Source of the DNA: a virus
Taxonomy: Duplodnaviria > Heunggongvirae > Uroviricota > Caudoviricetes
Virus record (IMG/VR): IMGVR_UViG_3300045988_034843
DNA length: 25,609 bases
Strand: one strand, 5' to 3'
The notes under the pieces were generated by a model. The model had not been told where the DNA came from and made no database searches. It worked only from the letters and a program-made list of their open reading frames with translations. Positions 4,969-15,846 of the stretch are shown here, one piece after another. The translations under genes and the position numbers were made by a program. Every line of letters starts with the position of its first letter. The first letter of the stretch is position 1.

Positions 4969-7443
4969 TTATTGCGGAGTGACATCCTGTGGTCGCCACC
5001 AGTATGTCTGGTTAAACTCTTTCTTCGAACGTTGCTCCATTTTACGCAAATAGCCTGGTGAAAAATACTCCTGCATCTGGTTAAAGATCATGTGATCGAG
5101 AGCCGCCTTCAAGTACCAGAGATTCGCACCAGGCATCAAACCTTTCCCCAGCTTCACCAGATCACCACCAGTCTGCTCACTCTTCCCTTCCACAGCATTT
5201 AACGGTATGCCCTGAGCAATCTTCACTACGTCATCAACCAGACCAGCTACCGGGCCAAGCATCGACGCCAGCGCGCCGCTTCCGTACCTAGTGTGATCTG
5301 ACAATAAAAAGTCACCGTAAAGGCCAAGACCACCACCTTTCAGTAGAGCACCAAGCCAGAATTTTGCGGCATCTTCTCCTGTCATCTCTCGAGGATTACG
5401 ACCAGACGCAAGGTCGTTAAGTTGCTGCGACAAAGCGCCAAGAATGGTCGTACTGGCAATAAACGTCGCAATATATGCCGCACGCCCACCAGCAGACGGC
5501 ATACCCATAGCGCGTGACCAGTGACGCATAACAACCGAGATAGGGAACGATTTAAACAGGAAAACACTTCTCGTTAATTCACCTTTCCATGTTCCACGCT
5601 GAATACCAGAACCGGTTATCAGTTGCTCACGTGCTCCCGGTGTAATAACAGCCATATCAACTTCTTCAGTTACGGCACCGAGCAGTTTACGCATTGCCTC
5701 AAATTTCACGCGTTCAGGCTCACCAAGATGTTTAACTGCTGAATCAGGGATACGCATAATGCTTTCCGGTGTCAGCATCGTATTATTACCGTTCCCCCAG
5801 TCCTCCTGTTTCGCCAGCTTCCATACGCTCCAGTCTGTGTCAGTAATCCCTTTGCTTTTCAGGATACGAAAATCAGAGTCATCGAGGCTACGAAGGTCTG
5901 GTGTCCGTGACACTACTTCTCCCAGGCTTCCCATCATGGTTACGCCATAGGCGCGCTTGTGCGCATCTGACCATGCTGTAAGCCCACTGGCACGCATTAC
6001 CGCCGTTGCCGCCCAACGAGACACTGACGGCCCCATATTATCCATCGCCCAGCGGTTAACGCTGCCAAGTAGAGATTCCATCGCCAGACCAGCGCGGCGC
6101 GCCCGCGCAAGTTCTGTACGGTTCGTTGGGTCCATAGCTTCAAGCTGGTTGCGGAATAACTGGTTCATTGGAAGGTTGGTAACCTTCGCAGACAGATACA
6201 TGGTTCCAAGATCAGAGAACGATGACAGCAACGCGGATCCGAGTCTGCTGGCAACCAGCCAGTTGCGGATATTGTCAGACCATCGCGCGATGTGCGGATT
6301 CGCTACAGGCTGTGTCTTTCCGGAAATAAAGTTGTACAGATTCTCTGTGTTGTTCGCCAGCCGCTCGACTTTACCGGTTTTACTCGGGTTAGCTGTTGCC
6401 GTTTCTGCCTTCACCTGATCAAGAAGAGAGCGGAAAACATGATCGGGGTTTGGGCCATATGTTTCCACCAGTGCAATATCTTTACTGATACCTTCCAGGT
6501 GACCGACCATGATTTCCCATAGAGAGCGATCGCCATAAAGTTGCTGATATTGCAGATAGGAATCTGCATCTTTGAAATGTATCTGTCGTGATGCATTACC
6601 ACGGTTAGCACGTGCGCCGGAAATTCGCATTCCGGTATCAGTAAGCTTATTCAGCCCACCAGTAGCGATCGTGTTATAAGCCTCTCCAAGAAATGAAGAC
6701 AACTCGGCATCGTTCATCAGTTGTCCATCGGCTCGGATATAATATTTGCGATCCAGCTTACCTATAACATCGCTAACCCACTTATCCTTTGATACTGCCC
6801 CAACCTTTTCCATAGAATGATGTTGAGGGATCCCCCAGTTTTCGAGATAGCCAATGTCCCCACCAGCATCATTAAACCGGCGGCGCAGCAGCTCTGTAAC
6901 TTCTCTCCACGCCTTAGCACCGTTTCTTGCTTTAGCATTGCCAGTATTTTGCCCCCGCATTTCATATACCAGGTCACGTACGCCCGCTTCATCTTCAAAC
7001 AGACCAAAAAAGCGAGGATCAACTGCTTCGAATGCCTCCTGCAATTGACTCAATGCATAATCACGGGTGGCTTTTGTTCTGGATTCAACAGAGAGGAAAT
7101 TAGATTTACCGTCTGCATTAAAAGCTATAGTACGGTTAAGAGCGCCAAGTTTCCCATCAGCCCCTTGATAGCTATTGATAAATTTATCCAATCTCTGACG
7201 CGCGGCTATAGTGAGAGCCACACGACGTTTCTTTAATGCCGCTTCTCGCTGTAATTCTTCAGATGCCAATTGTGCTGCTCGATATAGCCGCTCTGATTCG
7301 GAAAGTTGTCGCCACGACATAGGGTCATCACGAGCAATGGAGCGCATATTTCGATAAATGCGGTCTTCAATGTTCTGTATTTCTCGCGCCGTTAACATGC
7401 GCTGCGCCGCCTGCTGAACCGCTTGTATACATTCCTGTCTCAT
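4969..7443 (-). CDS. Large internal virion / DNA-ejection protein (824 aa), gp16-like by position
   Basis: Track ORF; last gene of the structural operon before the accessory island; size and position consistent with a podovirus ejection protein. Confidence 0.6.
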   Translation of the reverse strand: MRQECIQAVQQAAQRMLTAREIQNIEDRIYRNMRSIARDDPMSWRQLSESERLYRAAQLASEELQREAALKKRRVALTIAARQRLDKFINSYQGADGKLGALNRTIAFNADGKSNFLSVESRTKATRDYALSQLQEAFEAVDPRFFGLFEDEAGVRDLVYEMRGQNTGNAKARNGAKAWREVTELLRRRFNDAGGDIGYLENWGIPQHHSMEKVGAVSKDKWVSDVIGKLDRKYYIRADGQLMNDAELSSFLGEAYNTIATGGLNKLTDTGMRISGARANRGNASRQIHFKDADSYLQYQQLYGDRSLWEIMVGHLEGISKDIALVETYGPNPDHVFRSLLDQVKAETATANPSKTGKVERLANNTENLYNFISGKTQPVANPHIARWSDNIRNWLVASRLGSALLSSFSDLGTMYLSAKVTNLPMNQLFRNQLEAMDPTNRTELARARRAGLAMESLLGSVNRWAMDNMGPSVSRWAATAVMRASGLTAWSDAHKRAYGVTMMGSLGEVVSRTPDLRSLDDSDFRILKSKGITDTDWSVWKLAKQEDWGNGNNTMLTPESIMRIPDSAVKHLGEPERVKFEAMRKLLGAVTEEVDMAVITPGAREQLITGSGIQRGTWKGELTRSVFLFKSFPISVVMRHWSRAMGMPSAGGRAAYIATFIASTTILGALSQQLNDLASGRNPREMTGEDAAKFWLGALLKGGGLGLYGDFLLSDHTRYGSGALASMLGPVAGLVDDVVKIAQGIPLNAVEGKSEQTGGDLVKLGKGLMPGANLWYLKAALDHMIFNQMQEYFSPGYLRKMEQRSKKEFNQTYWWRPQDVTPQ

Positions 7444-7448
7444 TTAAT

Positions 7449-9251
7449 TTAACCTCTCAAGAAACACGCCACAGCGACATCAAACAGGCTGGAATCCTGT
7501 ATTGCCTGCTCACTTTCCCTGTTCGCTTCATCCAGTGCTTCACGCGCACTGCGCGATTGTGGATTACCATCATCATCCAGCACGGTGATTATCATGTCCG
7601 GAGATTCAAGCAGCGAGTCTTCAGCTATACGCAGATCAATATCTCCTGCCGGATCTGCCATCATTTTTTGTTCTGTCTGTTGCAATATCTTACCGGGCTC
7701 AAAAGGAGCTACTTCGTCTGGCGTCCTGACCTCTGCTGTTTTATAGAATGAAACAGCCTGAGTATTAAGTTCACTTTCAGCCTGCTGTCTCCGTGCCAGT
7801 TCTGCTCGAGCTTCAAAAAACTGACCGCCAGGCTCATGCGGTGCCAACGCGTTACGAGAAAATTCCAGGCGTTCTTGTGCCTGCCGGATTCGTTGGTCAA
7901 TATCGCGAAGTCTGGCCTGTTTATCTGATCGAGCACGAGATAAAGCCTTACCGCTACCGGCTGGATCTTCTGCAAGAATTTGTGCGCGCTGTTCAGTGAG
8001 ATTTTCAATAATTCGTTGGCTATTAGCGATTTCAGACTGGTAAACCTGTCTATCGCCACGCGGCAAAAGCTGCGCGGCCTGTTCTTCAAGCAACCGATTT
8101 TCTATAGCGCGCGCCGTTACTCCATCATCTACAGATGACAGAGCCTCATTAACTGCCTGAGACAGCAGACTCTTGCGTCCAGGAATTTCACTGAAAGATG
8201 CAGACTCAACAATGCTGGCAACGTCTACAGGTCTCCCCTGGCTAACATCAGACATGGCTTTTCGCAGAGCCTGAATGTGCGAATTACGCGAAAGCACGTT
8301 GATCGGCACGCCGGGAGCAATATCAATTTCAGCATGATGAGCGGCATTCGCCGCCAGTGCAGCATCGATATCAACTGGTGAAAAATTTGGTGCGCTTGTA
8401 GACTCGCCGCGAGAGTTAATAAATCTGCCGACACCACCAAACGCCACCCCAAGAACAGCATCAATAGCAATTGCCTGTCGATCCAACACATCATACTGGT
8501 TAGCCATTTCGCTATAGCCACCATCACGAAGCGTTTTTGCAGTAAGCCCACGCTGTGCCATACCGAACGCAATATTTGTACCTGCGGCATAGGCAATATC
8601 TGGCGTTGCACGTACTGCTGTTGCTGCGGCGCGTCGCACTGAACTTTCACCCGTCCGCGCAAGCTGAGCCGCCACACCTTCCGCCAGCGCACCACCAGCA
8701 CGTAACCCGAGGCTCATAGGGATCAGTGTTCCGGCACCAGCAGTAATACCCTGCACTAATCCCGCTTCCTGCGCCGTCCTGAAATCAACACCCTGTGCTG
8801 TCAGCCGTTCAAACTCAGAAAAACCCTGTAGAGAAGTTACCGCCGCAGCACCTCCGACCGGACCACCGAGCGTTGTACCGACAACAGCCTGCCCGCCCAT
8901 ATCGAACAACCCATAAAGAACCTGCCCGGCGGTTCCGGTTGTCGCGGCATCAGGCGTCAGCCGCTTAACCTGCTGTTCTGCTAGTTTTCTCTGCTCGGCA
9001 ATGTATGAAACTGAAGTATCATTGAGCGAGGTGTTTTCGTTAATAAACTGAGCAATCGGGGATACGATTTTATCCATCCCTGCCCATAGCAACTGATCTG
9101 GCTTTGCCACCAGCCCGGAGTACAAACCAGACAATGCCGCTCCTACAGCATTGTCGAAAAAACCAACATCGCTGTTAAAGCCCGCTGGATTTGATGCTGC
9201 TTCGTCAAGCTGCTGATTCTGGTTTACTGGATTAAGGCCAAAGTAACTCAT
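7449..9251 (-). CDS. Internal virion / ejection protein (600 aa)
   Basis: Track ORF; Ala/Gly-rich, start overlaps the upstream stop (translational coupling). Confidence 0.6.
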   Translation of the reverse strand: MSYFGLNPVNQNQQLDEAASNPAGFNSDVGFFDNAVGAALSGLYSGLVAKPDQLLWAGMDKIVSPIAQFINENTSLNDTSVSYIAEQRKLAEQQVKRLTPDAATTGTAGQVLYGLFDMGGQAVVGTTLGGPVGGAAAVTSLQGFSEFERLTAQGVDFRTAQEAGLVQGITAGAGTLIPMSLGLRAGGALAEGVAAQLARTGESSVRRAAATAVRATPDIAYAAGTNIAFGMAQRGLTAKTLRDGGYSEMANQYDVLDRQAIAIDAVLGVAFGGVGRFINSRGESTSAPNFSPVDIDAALAANAAHHAEIDIAPGVPINVLSRNSHIQALRKAMSDVSQGRPVDVASIVESASFSEIPGRKSLLSQAVNEALSSVDDGVTARAIENRLLEEQAAQLLPRGDRQVYQSEIANSQRIIENLTEQRAQILAEDPAGSGKALSRARSDKQARLRDIDQRIRQAQERLEFSRNALAPHEPGGQFFEARAELARRQQAESELNTQAVSFYKTAEVRTPDEVAPFEPGKILQQTEQKMMADPAGDIDLRIAEDSLLESPDMIITVLDDDGNPQSRSAREALDEANRESEQAIQDSSLFDVAVACFLRG

Positions 9252-11761
9252 TGCGGAATATCTCCGGAGAATCTCTGACGCTTCTGTGTCAGATCAAGAA
9301 CAACGGGAGAACCATCATCTTTTAGCAGATAACCAGTACCAAGTTTCACCAGGTACTGACTATCGCCGTAACTTTGCAAACCATACTGACCAGGCGGTGT
9401 TTTTATCCCTGTGCCAACAACTTGTTCATTCCAAGCCTGATTAACCTGCTTATCGAATTGCTCTGCAGACATTCCCCACGGCAAAAGAACATTCCCCATT
9501 CCGTTATAGTCATGCACGCCACCTGTAGCTACGTTAACAGCCTGTTTCCAGATATCATTGTCAATTTCGCCTGATACCACGCCTTTTTTCGCCATCACAC
9601 CAGCGTAATAGTCCTTTGCGATCTCGTATGCCATTGATGCCCCCTGAGCATCACCAGCAAATGCATCCTTAACCATGTCAGAAAACTCAAGGCGGAGATC
9701 AGCATCTTTAGGCATCGGAATACCTTTCGCGTCATCAGTACCTTTACGAGCCGCCGCGCCAGCAAGAATTGTCTGCGCAGCGGTTTCAGGAGACACGGAA
9801 ACATCCGGATTAAACCAGTTTTTTTCTGCCAAAATACCACCTGGCTTATCCATCAGTATCCCGGCAACGGCAGCAGATGGAGCGTTGGCACTGATCTGCT
9901 GTAGTGCTGACATATACACCTGCCCACCACCAGTGCTCTGCCTGATGGTATCGAGATATGCTGCCTGTTGGGAAACGGGCGCATCACGAAAGAAAACACC
10001 GATCTGATTGGCCTCGTCTTTGGAAAAGAACGTCAGTGGAGTGCCATATGACTTAGCAAGGTCACTGACCTGAGCAGCACGCAAGGCAACGCTCTGTCCA
10101 AAGTTATCCTTATTGCTCATGTCGATAGGCTTTGTCTGTCCTGCGGCAAGAGAGAACTGTACAGGATCAGCCTGTCGCTGCTTTATCACCTGACTTGCAG
10201 CCGACACAACGTTGTCATAAAGAGCGGCTCGTGCCGCATAACCCTCCCCTGTCTCACCAGTATCCGGGCGTAATTGCTCAACATATGCTGTAATGCTGCT
10301 TGTCGGCATGTTGCGGAAAGAGCCTATATACTGTCCGGCGATTTGCGTATTTCTGAACTCGGTATATCGCAGGTTTCCTTCTCTTACTCCATAAGCTGCA
10401 ATAAAATCAGCCTCACCAGGTGGGTTAGGAAATTCAACGCCACGCATATACGCAGCTGTCGCATCGCGAACCTGGCTGTCAATCATCGTTTTATATTCAG
10501 CCTGCTGCTGCCGACGCAGTTGATCCGCCTGTCGCATAAAACTTGCCTGCGCCTCAGGAGATGCCGCATCGAATGCTGCATTACCGGTATAGCGTTTGGT
10601 GTTGGTTGGAATTGTTGATAAACCAAGTGCTGCACTGACACCAGCAGTTAACTGCTGATCACTGTATGGCTGGCTACCGTTCTCATGATGGATAATGGCT
10701 GCACAAAGCGCCTTCAGGGTATCAGGATTAGATGCATCGAGAGGCTCATCAGCAGAAACGCCAAGTTGTTCGCACACTGCTTTGATATACGACATAGTGT
10801 CATTTTTATCAGCAGGCGGTGCCCAGCGATTAATTATCTCGCTGACGGTATCAATACCCTGCCTCTGATACGACATCAGGTTCCGCCCTAATGCACGAAT
10901 CCCGTGTTCAGGTGTTTCGAATTTAGCAAATCGACCATCATCACCGGTCTGGCCTACCCACGGATTAGTTTTGCTGTATTCGAGATTTCCTGGGTTATTG
11001 TTGCGTATGCCACGGGCACGCTCGGAAGAGTCACTATCTGCTACAGCACGGCGAGCTCCAGCAGCAGTATCACTTAACTCGCCATTACTTTGGATGAATG
11101 CGGTCGCATTGTTTGCCGACCACTGGGACAATGCAGCATCAGCAACCTTCTCTTTAAACTCGATTTTCTTGGCCTGGATTTGCTCGTTGCTCCAGCCATG
11201 TGCAACACCGTACTCCTCAATTTGCTGGAAAGTTTGTTTGTTAGCCAATACGTATGCGGCGTTGTCGCCATACAATGCTGCGGCATTTTTACCATTGTTC
11301 AGCAGTGTCGCCTGAAACTGGCCTTCTTCGTAGGCATTAATTTGCCCTATCTCGTGTCGCCCGGCCTGCGTAGTGAACTGAATGCGCTGCTGCTGCGCCT
11401 GCTGCATGAAAGCATTACGAGCCTGTTCATCCGGCAGCGACATAGCCAGTTGTTCGACCTGAGCATCAAACTGCTGCGTATACTCATGGCCTTTTCCAAT
11501 AGCATTTTTCCCTTTCAGGTTAAGCAATCCTGTTTCAGGATTATTCAGCAGATCGCTGCTTATCTGACTGAGGTTAAGAGATGCCTCCTGAGCCAGAGCA
11601 ATATTGGCACGCTGTTTTGCCTGCCCCAAAACATCAATTGCCTCTGTCCCTGCCCGAACAAAAGCATCACCAATACCTTGCTGAGAAAACGTCTGCAAGC
11701 CTGCTGACTGAACTCCACGACTCTCAACCTGACGTCCGGATACTGTTGGTACGACTGGCAT
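9248..11761 (-). CDS. Internal virion protein with possible cell-wall-hydrolase motif (837 aa from ATG 11761)
   Basis: Track ORF 9248-11836 trimmed to the ATG at 11761, which has a GGAGG RBS and overlaps the upstream stop as TAATG; contains GIRNNNPGNLEYSKTNPWVG...FETPEHGIRALGRNLMSY, which I recall as typical of phage virion-associated muralytic domains (unverified). Confidence 0.6.
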   Translation of the reverse strand: MPVVPTVSGRQVESRGVQSAGLQTFSQQGIGDAFVRAGTEAIDVLGQAKQRANIALAQEASLNLSQISSDLLNNPETGLLNLKGKNAIGKGHEYTQQFDAQVEQLAMSLPDEQARNAFMQQAQQQRIQFTTQAGRHEIGQINAYEEGQFQATLLNNGKNAAALYGDNAAYVLANKQTFQQIEEYGVAHGWSNEQIQAKKIEFKEKVADAALSQWSANNATAFIQSNGELSDTAAGARRAVADSDSSERARGIRNNNPGNLEYSKTNPWVGQTGDDGRFAKFETPEHGIRALGRNLMSYQRQGIDTVSEIINRWAPPADKNDTMSYIKAVCEQLGVSADEPLDASNPDTLKALCAAIIHHENGSQPYSDQQLTAGVSAALGLSTIPTNTKRYTGNAAFDAASPEAQASFMRQADQLRRQQQAEYKTMIDSQVRDATAAYMRGVEFPNPPGEADFIAAYGVREGNLRYTEFRNTQIAGQYIGSFRNMPTSSITAYVEQLRPDTGETGEGYAARAALYDNVVSAASQVIKQRQADPVQFSLAAGQTKPIDMSNKDNFGQSVALRAAQVSDLAKSYGTPLTFFSKDEANQIGVFFRDAPVSQQAAYLDTIRQSTGGGQVYMSALQQISANAPSAAVAGILMDKPGGILAEKNWFNPDVSVSPETAAQTILAGAAARKGTDDAKGIPMPKDADLRLEFSDMVKDAFAGDAQGASMAYEIAKDYYAGVMAKKGVVSGEIDNDIWKQAVNVATGGVHDYNGMGNVLLPWGMSAEQFDKQVNQAWNEQVVGTGIKTPPGQYGLQSYGDSQYLVKLGTGYLLKDDGSPVVLDLTQKRQRFSGDIPQ

Positions 11762-12306
11762 TATAATCCTCCGGGTAATCTGGTTCCTGCTGCTGCCCCG
11801 ATTGGCGCAGGAGTGCTTTGAGTAAACGGACTCCACGTCCCACCAAACATCTGGTACGCACCGTATGCCTTCAGAGGCGCAGTGAGCAATGTTGTTGCTG
11901 CTCCCACATTCCCCTGTTTACGGGCTGAACTGGCTTCTGCTTTATAGTTGGCAGCCTGAACCTGATAACCGTAAGCCTCGCGTTGCGCGTTATTCACCGT
12001 CGTCAGCGAATCAAGAGCGCCAAACTGGGCAGTGTCGCCAAATATATCCAGCGCGTTACCTGTAGATAAATCAGCGCCGGTAGCCCCCATTGTCGCCGCC
12101 TGTGTACCAAGCCGCTGTCGGGTCTCTCTGCGTCGTTGCTCAGCTTCAGCGTTACCTCTGTTTATTGCATCATTTGCCTGAGCTGTGGCTATATCTGCGT
12201 TCGCTTCTGCAACCTTCGAGGCATACTTTCCCTGTTGGTACTGGGTGTATGCCTGAATGCCACTCATGGCGAGCATTGCGCCACCAGCAATAACCGGATC
12301 GCACAT
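11761..12306 (-). CDS. Internal virion protein B-like, T7 gp14-like (181 aa)
   Basis: Track ORF; N-terminus MCDPVIAGGAMLAMSGIQAYTQYQ resembles the T7 gp14 N-terminus (MC..A.....SG.QA) as I recall it; TAATG coupling at both ends. Confidence 0.55.
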   Translation of the reverse strand: MCDPVIAGGAMLAMSGIQAYTQYQQGKYASKVAEANADIATAQANDAINRGNAEAEQRRRETRQRLGTQAATMGATGADLSTGNALDIFGDTAQFGALDSLTTVNNAQREAYGYQVQAANYKAEASSARKQGNVGAATTLLTAPLKAYGAYQMFGGTWSPFTQSTPAPIGAAAGTRLPGGL

Positions 12307-12770
12307 TATTTTCTCTCCATGTGAAATCTGTGGAAATTAAGACCAAGAGCACCATAAGGCGCGGCTTCTTCAAGCCTGAATCCAAGCCAGTGCAGCCATG
12401 CTTTGGCAACATGGTTTCGCTCGTCGACGTAGTTTTCCAGGCGCGGATAAACTGCCAGCATCTGCTGCAATACAGGGCGGCAGTGGCGCAGAAATGTCTT
12501 CTGATATTTTTCAATACGGCTGGTTCCTACCAGCCAGGGCGTACCATTGCCACCGATCATTGACGCCGGAGATACACCAAACATGGTTACCAGTTCTCCG
12601 TTCGCGAACCCTGACCAGGCCATAGTCGCAGTGCGAAGACCAACGCGCAGCGCATCTTCGGTAGTCATCAGCGATACCGCATACAGTTCGTCAATATCAG
12701 CCTGACGAACATCCGGCAAAATCATCTGAAGATGCTCTTCGGTAGCGGGAATAATTTGAACATCGATCAT
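12306..12770 (-). CDS. Internal virion protein A-like, gp13-like by position (154 aa)
   Basis: Track ORF; ATGA overlap with upstream gene; assignment by synteny only. Confidence 0.5.
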   Translation of the reverse strand: MIDVQIIPATEEHLQMILPDVRQADIDELYAVSLMTTEDALRVGLRTATMAWSGFANGELVTMFGVSPASMIGGNGTPWLVGTSRIEKYQKTFLRHCRPVLQQMLAVYPRLENYVDERNHVAKAWLHWLGFRLEEAAPYGALGLNFHRFHMERK

Positions 12771-15241
12771 CAGAATCCCCCAACAGTAAGGCGAGGAATA
12801 ACGGCAAGAACAGACAGCGGCAACGGGTCAAGCTGACGGATTTTTACACGCCCGTTTTTGCCCCAGTTACTGTCCAGTTTCACTTCTACTTTTCCGGTAG
12901 CATCATCAACAGGATCATCGTAGAACTCGAATTCACGCTGTGGATATTCGTGCCATTTACCGCCGGGCGTAGTCGCCCAGATGCCGCGACTGGCATTCAC
13001 AACCAGAGTAACGGACGGGATCACCTGTTTTTTGTCCAGCAGCGTTTCCTGTCCGCTAATGTTGATATCCAGTGTTTCGAATTCAGCAGTTATTGGCAGG
13101 CCGATGTGCACTACAGCCCCCGGAGATTCCAGCGTGACGGCACCTCCGGAAACAACTTTCTGTGGTTCCACGTTCGCATCAGAGAGAATGTTTACGGTCT
13201 GGCCTTCAAGATGAGACAGGCCTCCAAATGTCCGGCGCGCCATCTGCCAGTTCGTGGTGGCCACATTCCTGAGGGATGATGGGACGTTCCTGTTAGGACG
13301 AACCACTACAGCGGTATTGCTGGTTACAGAAATAATGTCGCAACGTAATTCTTTTGACACTTCATCGCCAGTATCAGGATCAGTTCCGGTATAAGGGAAT
13401 TGTAGTTGCGCACCGACATCACTACTGGTGAAGTACGCACCACCAGAAATACTGATTGTATATTCCGCGCGGTAATCCCATTCACCAGAACCACCAGTGA
13501 TGGTCATCGTTCTGTCAGACGTATTTCTTCCATCATAGCTAAGGCCAGAATCAACAAAGAAAGCATCTTCATCGCTGGTAAATAAACGGCTGGACAGTCG
13601 CTCGATGTATCTCACTGTTTGCCCGTTAACGGTTCGGTTAACGACGAAATACACCGCATCTTCATTTCCTTCGCTGATACTGCATGTGCTTTCATATTTT
13701 CCGGTACTGGATTGTGGTGCCCATGCAAAAACCTGCTGATCACGCAAATAGGTCATCACCAGTAATTTACCGTCATCACGAATGCAGAAGGCGCTGGAGT
13801 AAGGGACAATAGAGAAGCACCAGTCAACAATACTGTGCTTCTGAAAAAGATGATTGGCAAGGATGGTCAGGTCGTTCCCCTGATAGCCGTCAACATCGAA
13901 TGAGTAGGCCAGATCACGGACAACACTGCCTTTCTCCTGGACGAACAGAGCAATATTCGCCACGGCAATTGGTGGGACATTGCTCGAGCCATTTGATCCC
14001 TGAGAGCTGAATGCAAATGATGATGGGGTAAGCACTTTGTTCTGGTCGCCAGTGATGACGTACTCACCTCCGGAAGTCAGCGCCACCAGCGAACCAACAT
14101 CAATCAGGTGACGGATCTCATTAACCTGACGCCCGGCATAGGTGTAGATAATTCTGTCGTCATCCTGCGTAGGATTGCTTTTGCCAAAATCCTTATAATC
14201 CCCGGTACGGCTGGCCCAGATAGTCTGAGGAAACGCAGTCGATGCGGCGAAGTAAAGACGTTGTTGATAATAAACAACAGTGCCAGGATAACCATTAACA
14301 CTGTTCCAGGCATATTTAGCCCATTTATAGCTGGCATTATCCTCGCCAACTACCTGCGAAGGGATATAGGAAATCACCTCGGCAGTTGCAGTAGTTCCAT
14401 TTGCAGCAGTGATACGGGCAATGCCAAAACCACTGTGCAGATATTCCCACTCAATGCCAGTATCATCATCACCGGATCCGCCCCAGCCATCCCATGATGT
14501 GCCTTCTGTATGCGAAGGGCGCAAAGTACCTGTTTTGCCTGCTTTAACGGCGCGATAGTAGTTACTGTCTGCTCGGCGAATATCGCCAATCGACGTACTC
14601 TTACTGGTTTCCCATACCGGCACAGAATCCACTGCAGGCTGTTCCAGATAGAACAATTTGCCTACCTGCTCCGCGCCAAAAATAGAGGCGCTTGCCGTTA
14701 GCGTAATTGTCCCGGTGCTGGCGCTGGCATAAACCGTCACTGACTCGTCAATATTGATATCTTCAAATGGCCCGTTCTTCGTTACCACATCAACCAGTTG
14801 CCAGTTGTCATGCGCATAGCGGCGCAACTCTTTCGGCGGGTATGCCGGATGAACCAGCGTAAGCACGTCTGCGCTTTGCGTGAATTTAATTCGGAACAGA
14901 TCGGCTTCAGTATATGGCGTGGAAATTTCATAAATAACATTGCTGCTGTTCAGCACCAACGCACCATCTTTGATAACGCGCATGTACTGGTGTCCGAACT
15001 CCAGAGCATAAGTCTGAACCGTCGAGAACTGGAACGGGATCAGGCGGCATTTCCGATTTGGATATTTGGCGGCACCGACAAAACGCGTACCAGGTCGATT
15101 CTCAACGCCGCCATACTGCCGCACGATAAAGTTATCGCACTTGCGCAATGCCACCTGGTACTTCGCCATGTCGATACGTCCGTACAACGACGGTCCAATC
15201 TCACCACCAGCAAAGCTGGGCTGGATCCAACTGATAGCCAT
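12770..15241 (-). CDS. Tail tubular protein B-like (nozzle), gp12-like (823 aa)
   Basis: Track ORF; size and position immediately after the gp11-like gene; ATGA overlap. Confidence 0.55.
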   Translation of the reverse strand: MAISWIQPSFAGGEIGPSLYGRIDMAKYQVALRKCDNFIVRQYGGVENRPGTRFVGAAKYPNRKCRLIPFQFSTVQTYALEFGHQYMRVIKDGALVLNSSNVIYEISTPYTEADLFRIKFTQSADVLTLVHPAYPPKELRRYAHDNWQLVDVVTKNGPFEDINIDESVTVYASASTGTITLTASASIFGAEQVGKLFYLEQPAVDSVPVWETSKSTSIGDIRRADSNYYRAVKAGKTGTLRPSHTEGTSWDGWGGSGDDDTGIEWEYLHSGFGIARITAANGTTATAEVISYIPSQVVGEDNASYKWAKYAWNSVNGYPGTVVYYQQRLYFAASTAFPQTIWASRTGDYKDFGKSNPTQDDDRIIYTYAGRQVNEIRHLIDVGSLVALTSGGEYVITGDQNKVLTPSSFAFSSQGSNGSSNVPPIAVANIALFVQEKGSVVRDLAYSFDVDGYQGNDLTILANHLFQKHSIVDWCFSIVPYSSAFCIRDDGKLLVMTYLRDQQVFAWAPQSSTGKYESTCSISEGNEDAVYFVVNRTVNGQTVRYIERLSSRLFTSDEDAFFVDSGLSYDGRNTSDRTMTITGGSGEWDYRAEYTISISGGAYFTSSDVGAQLQFPYTGTDPDTGDEVSKELRCDIISVTSNTAVVVRPNRNVPSSLRNVATTNWQMARRTFGGLSHLEGQTVNILSDANVEPQKVVSGGAVTLESPGAVVHIGLPITAEFETLDINISGQETLLDKKQVIPSVTLVVNASRGIWATTPGGKWHEYPQREFEFYDDPVDDATGKVEVKLDSNWGKNGRVKIRQLDPLPLSVLAVIPRLTVGGF

Positions 15242-15846
15242 CAGGACAACCTCGCAATGGTAAACTCGTCAACCGGTGGCTGTGGTTCCTGTGATTCATT
15301 CTGGCTATGCGAGCCAGCACTAAGAATCACGCGATTGTACATATTGAGGGCAAACGTACCGAGGTCTGCATTCCCAGTCAGCGCCATGTTAATAGCTGCC
15401 GCAAGACGCCAGGCCAACGCCTCCATAAAAATGGCATCAAACATGTTCACATCTGTAACGCGAGAGACATACTTGAGCCATGCCTGAGGCTGGTCTGTGT
15501 AGATCAACTTTCCTGTTCCGTTGGTGTCTGCACCAACTTCGTACTGAACGCGCATTGCTGCTGTTGGATTGCGTACACCAGGAAGCATAATTTCAGTAAT
15601 GCGCAGACAATCTGACGGGTACTGGTACGCATATTCCCAGTCAGGCGGTGGATTGCTCGTATCTGCAAGCGCCACGCGTTTGGTAGCAAAGTTCCAGTCA
15701 AAATCAGAAAGCACAGTATCACGGCAGGCCTCAAAGTGCAGCGAACATTCCCCCGCTTCCTTGCTGGCTTCCGTCAGGCTGTTAATGCTGCGGCTGTTGC
15801 CAATATTGGACAGCGCACGATTACAGATCTCTACTACAGAGGCCAT
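15241..15846 (-). CDS. Tail tubular protein A-like (adaptor), gp11-like (201 aa)
   Basis: ATG at 15846 (track ORF begins at a GTG one codon upstream); N-terminus MASVVEICNRALSNIG resembles T7 gp11 (..VNDILASIG..) as I recall it; GGAGGTGA RBS. Confidence 0.55.
   Translation of the reverse strand: MASVVEICNRALSNIGNSRSINSLTEASKEAGECSLHFEACRDTVLSDFDWNFATKRVALADTSNPPPDWEYAYQYPSDCLRITEIMLPGVRNPTAAMRVQYEVGADTNGTGKLIYTDQPQAWLKYVSRVTDVNMFDAIFMEALAWRLAAAINMALTGNADLGTFALNMYNRVILSAGSHSQNESQEPQPPVDEFTIARLS

Noticed and set aside
4797-4985. Track ORF (62 aa) overlapping the 3' end of the 824-aa gene
   Set aside because: Its start lies inside the upstream gene and its internal ATGs lack an RBS; an alternative frame (4835-4960) has AAGGAG-ATGATG. 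Both are kept as low-confidence only, and the region may instead be the promoter of the lipoprotein gene.
5957-6418. Plus-strand ORFs antisense to the large structural genes (for example 5957-6418, 6817-7236, 8225-8701, 11090-11707, 14798-15487, 16035-16514, 19173-19910, 22852-23358, 23702-24103)
   Set aside because: All are embedded antisense or out of frame in long, tightly coupled minus-strand genes and show biased low-complexity composition; treated as shadow ORFs.
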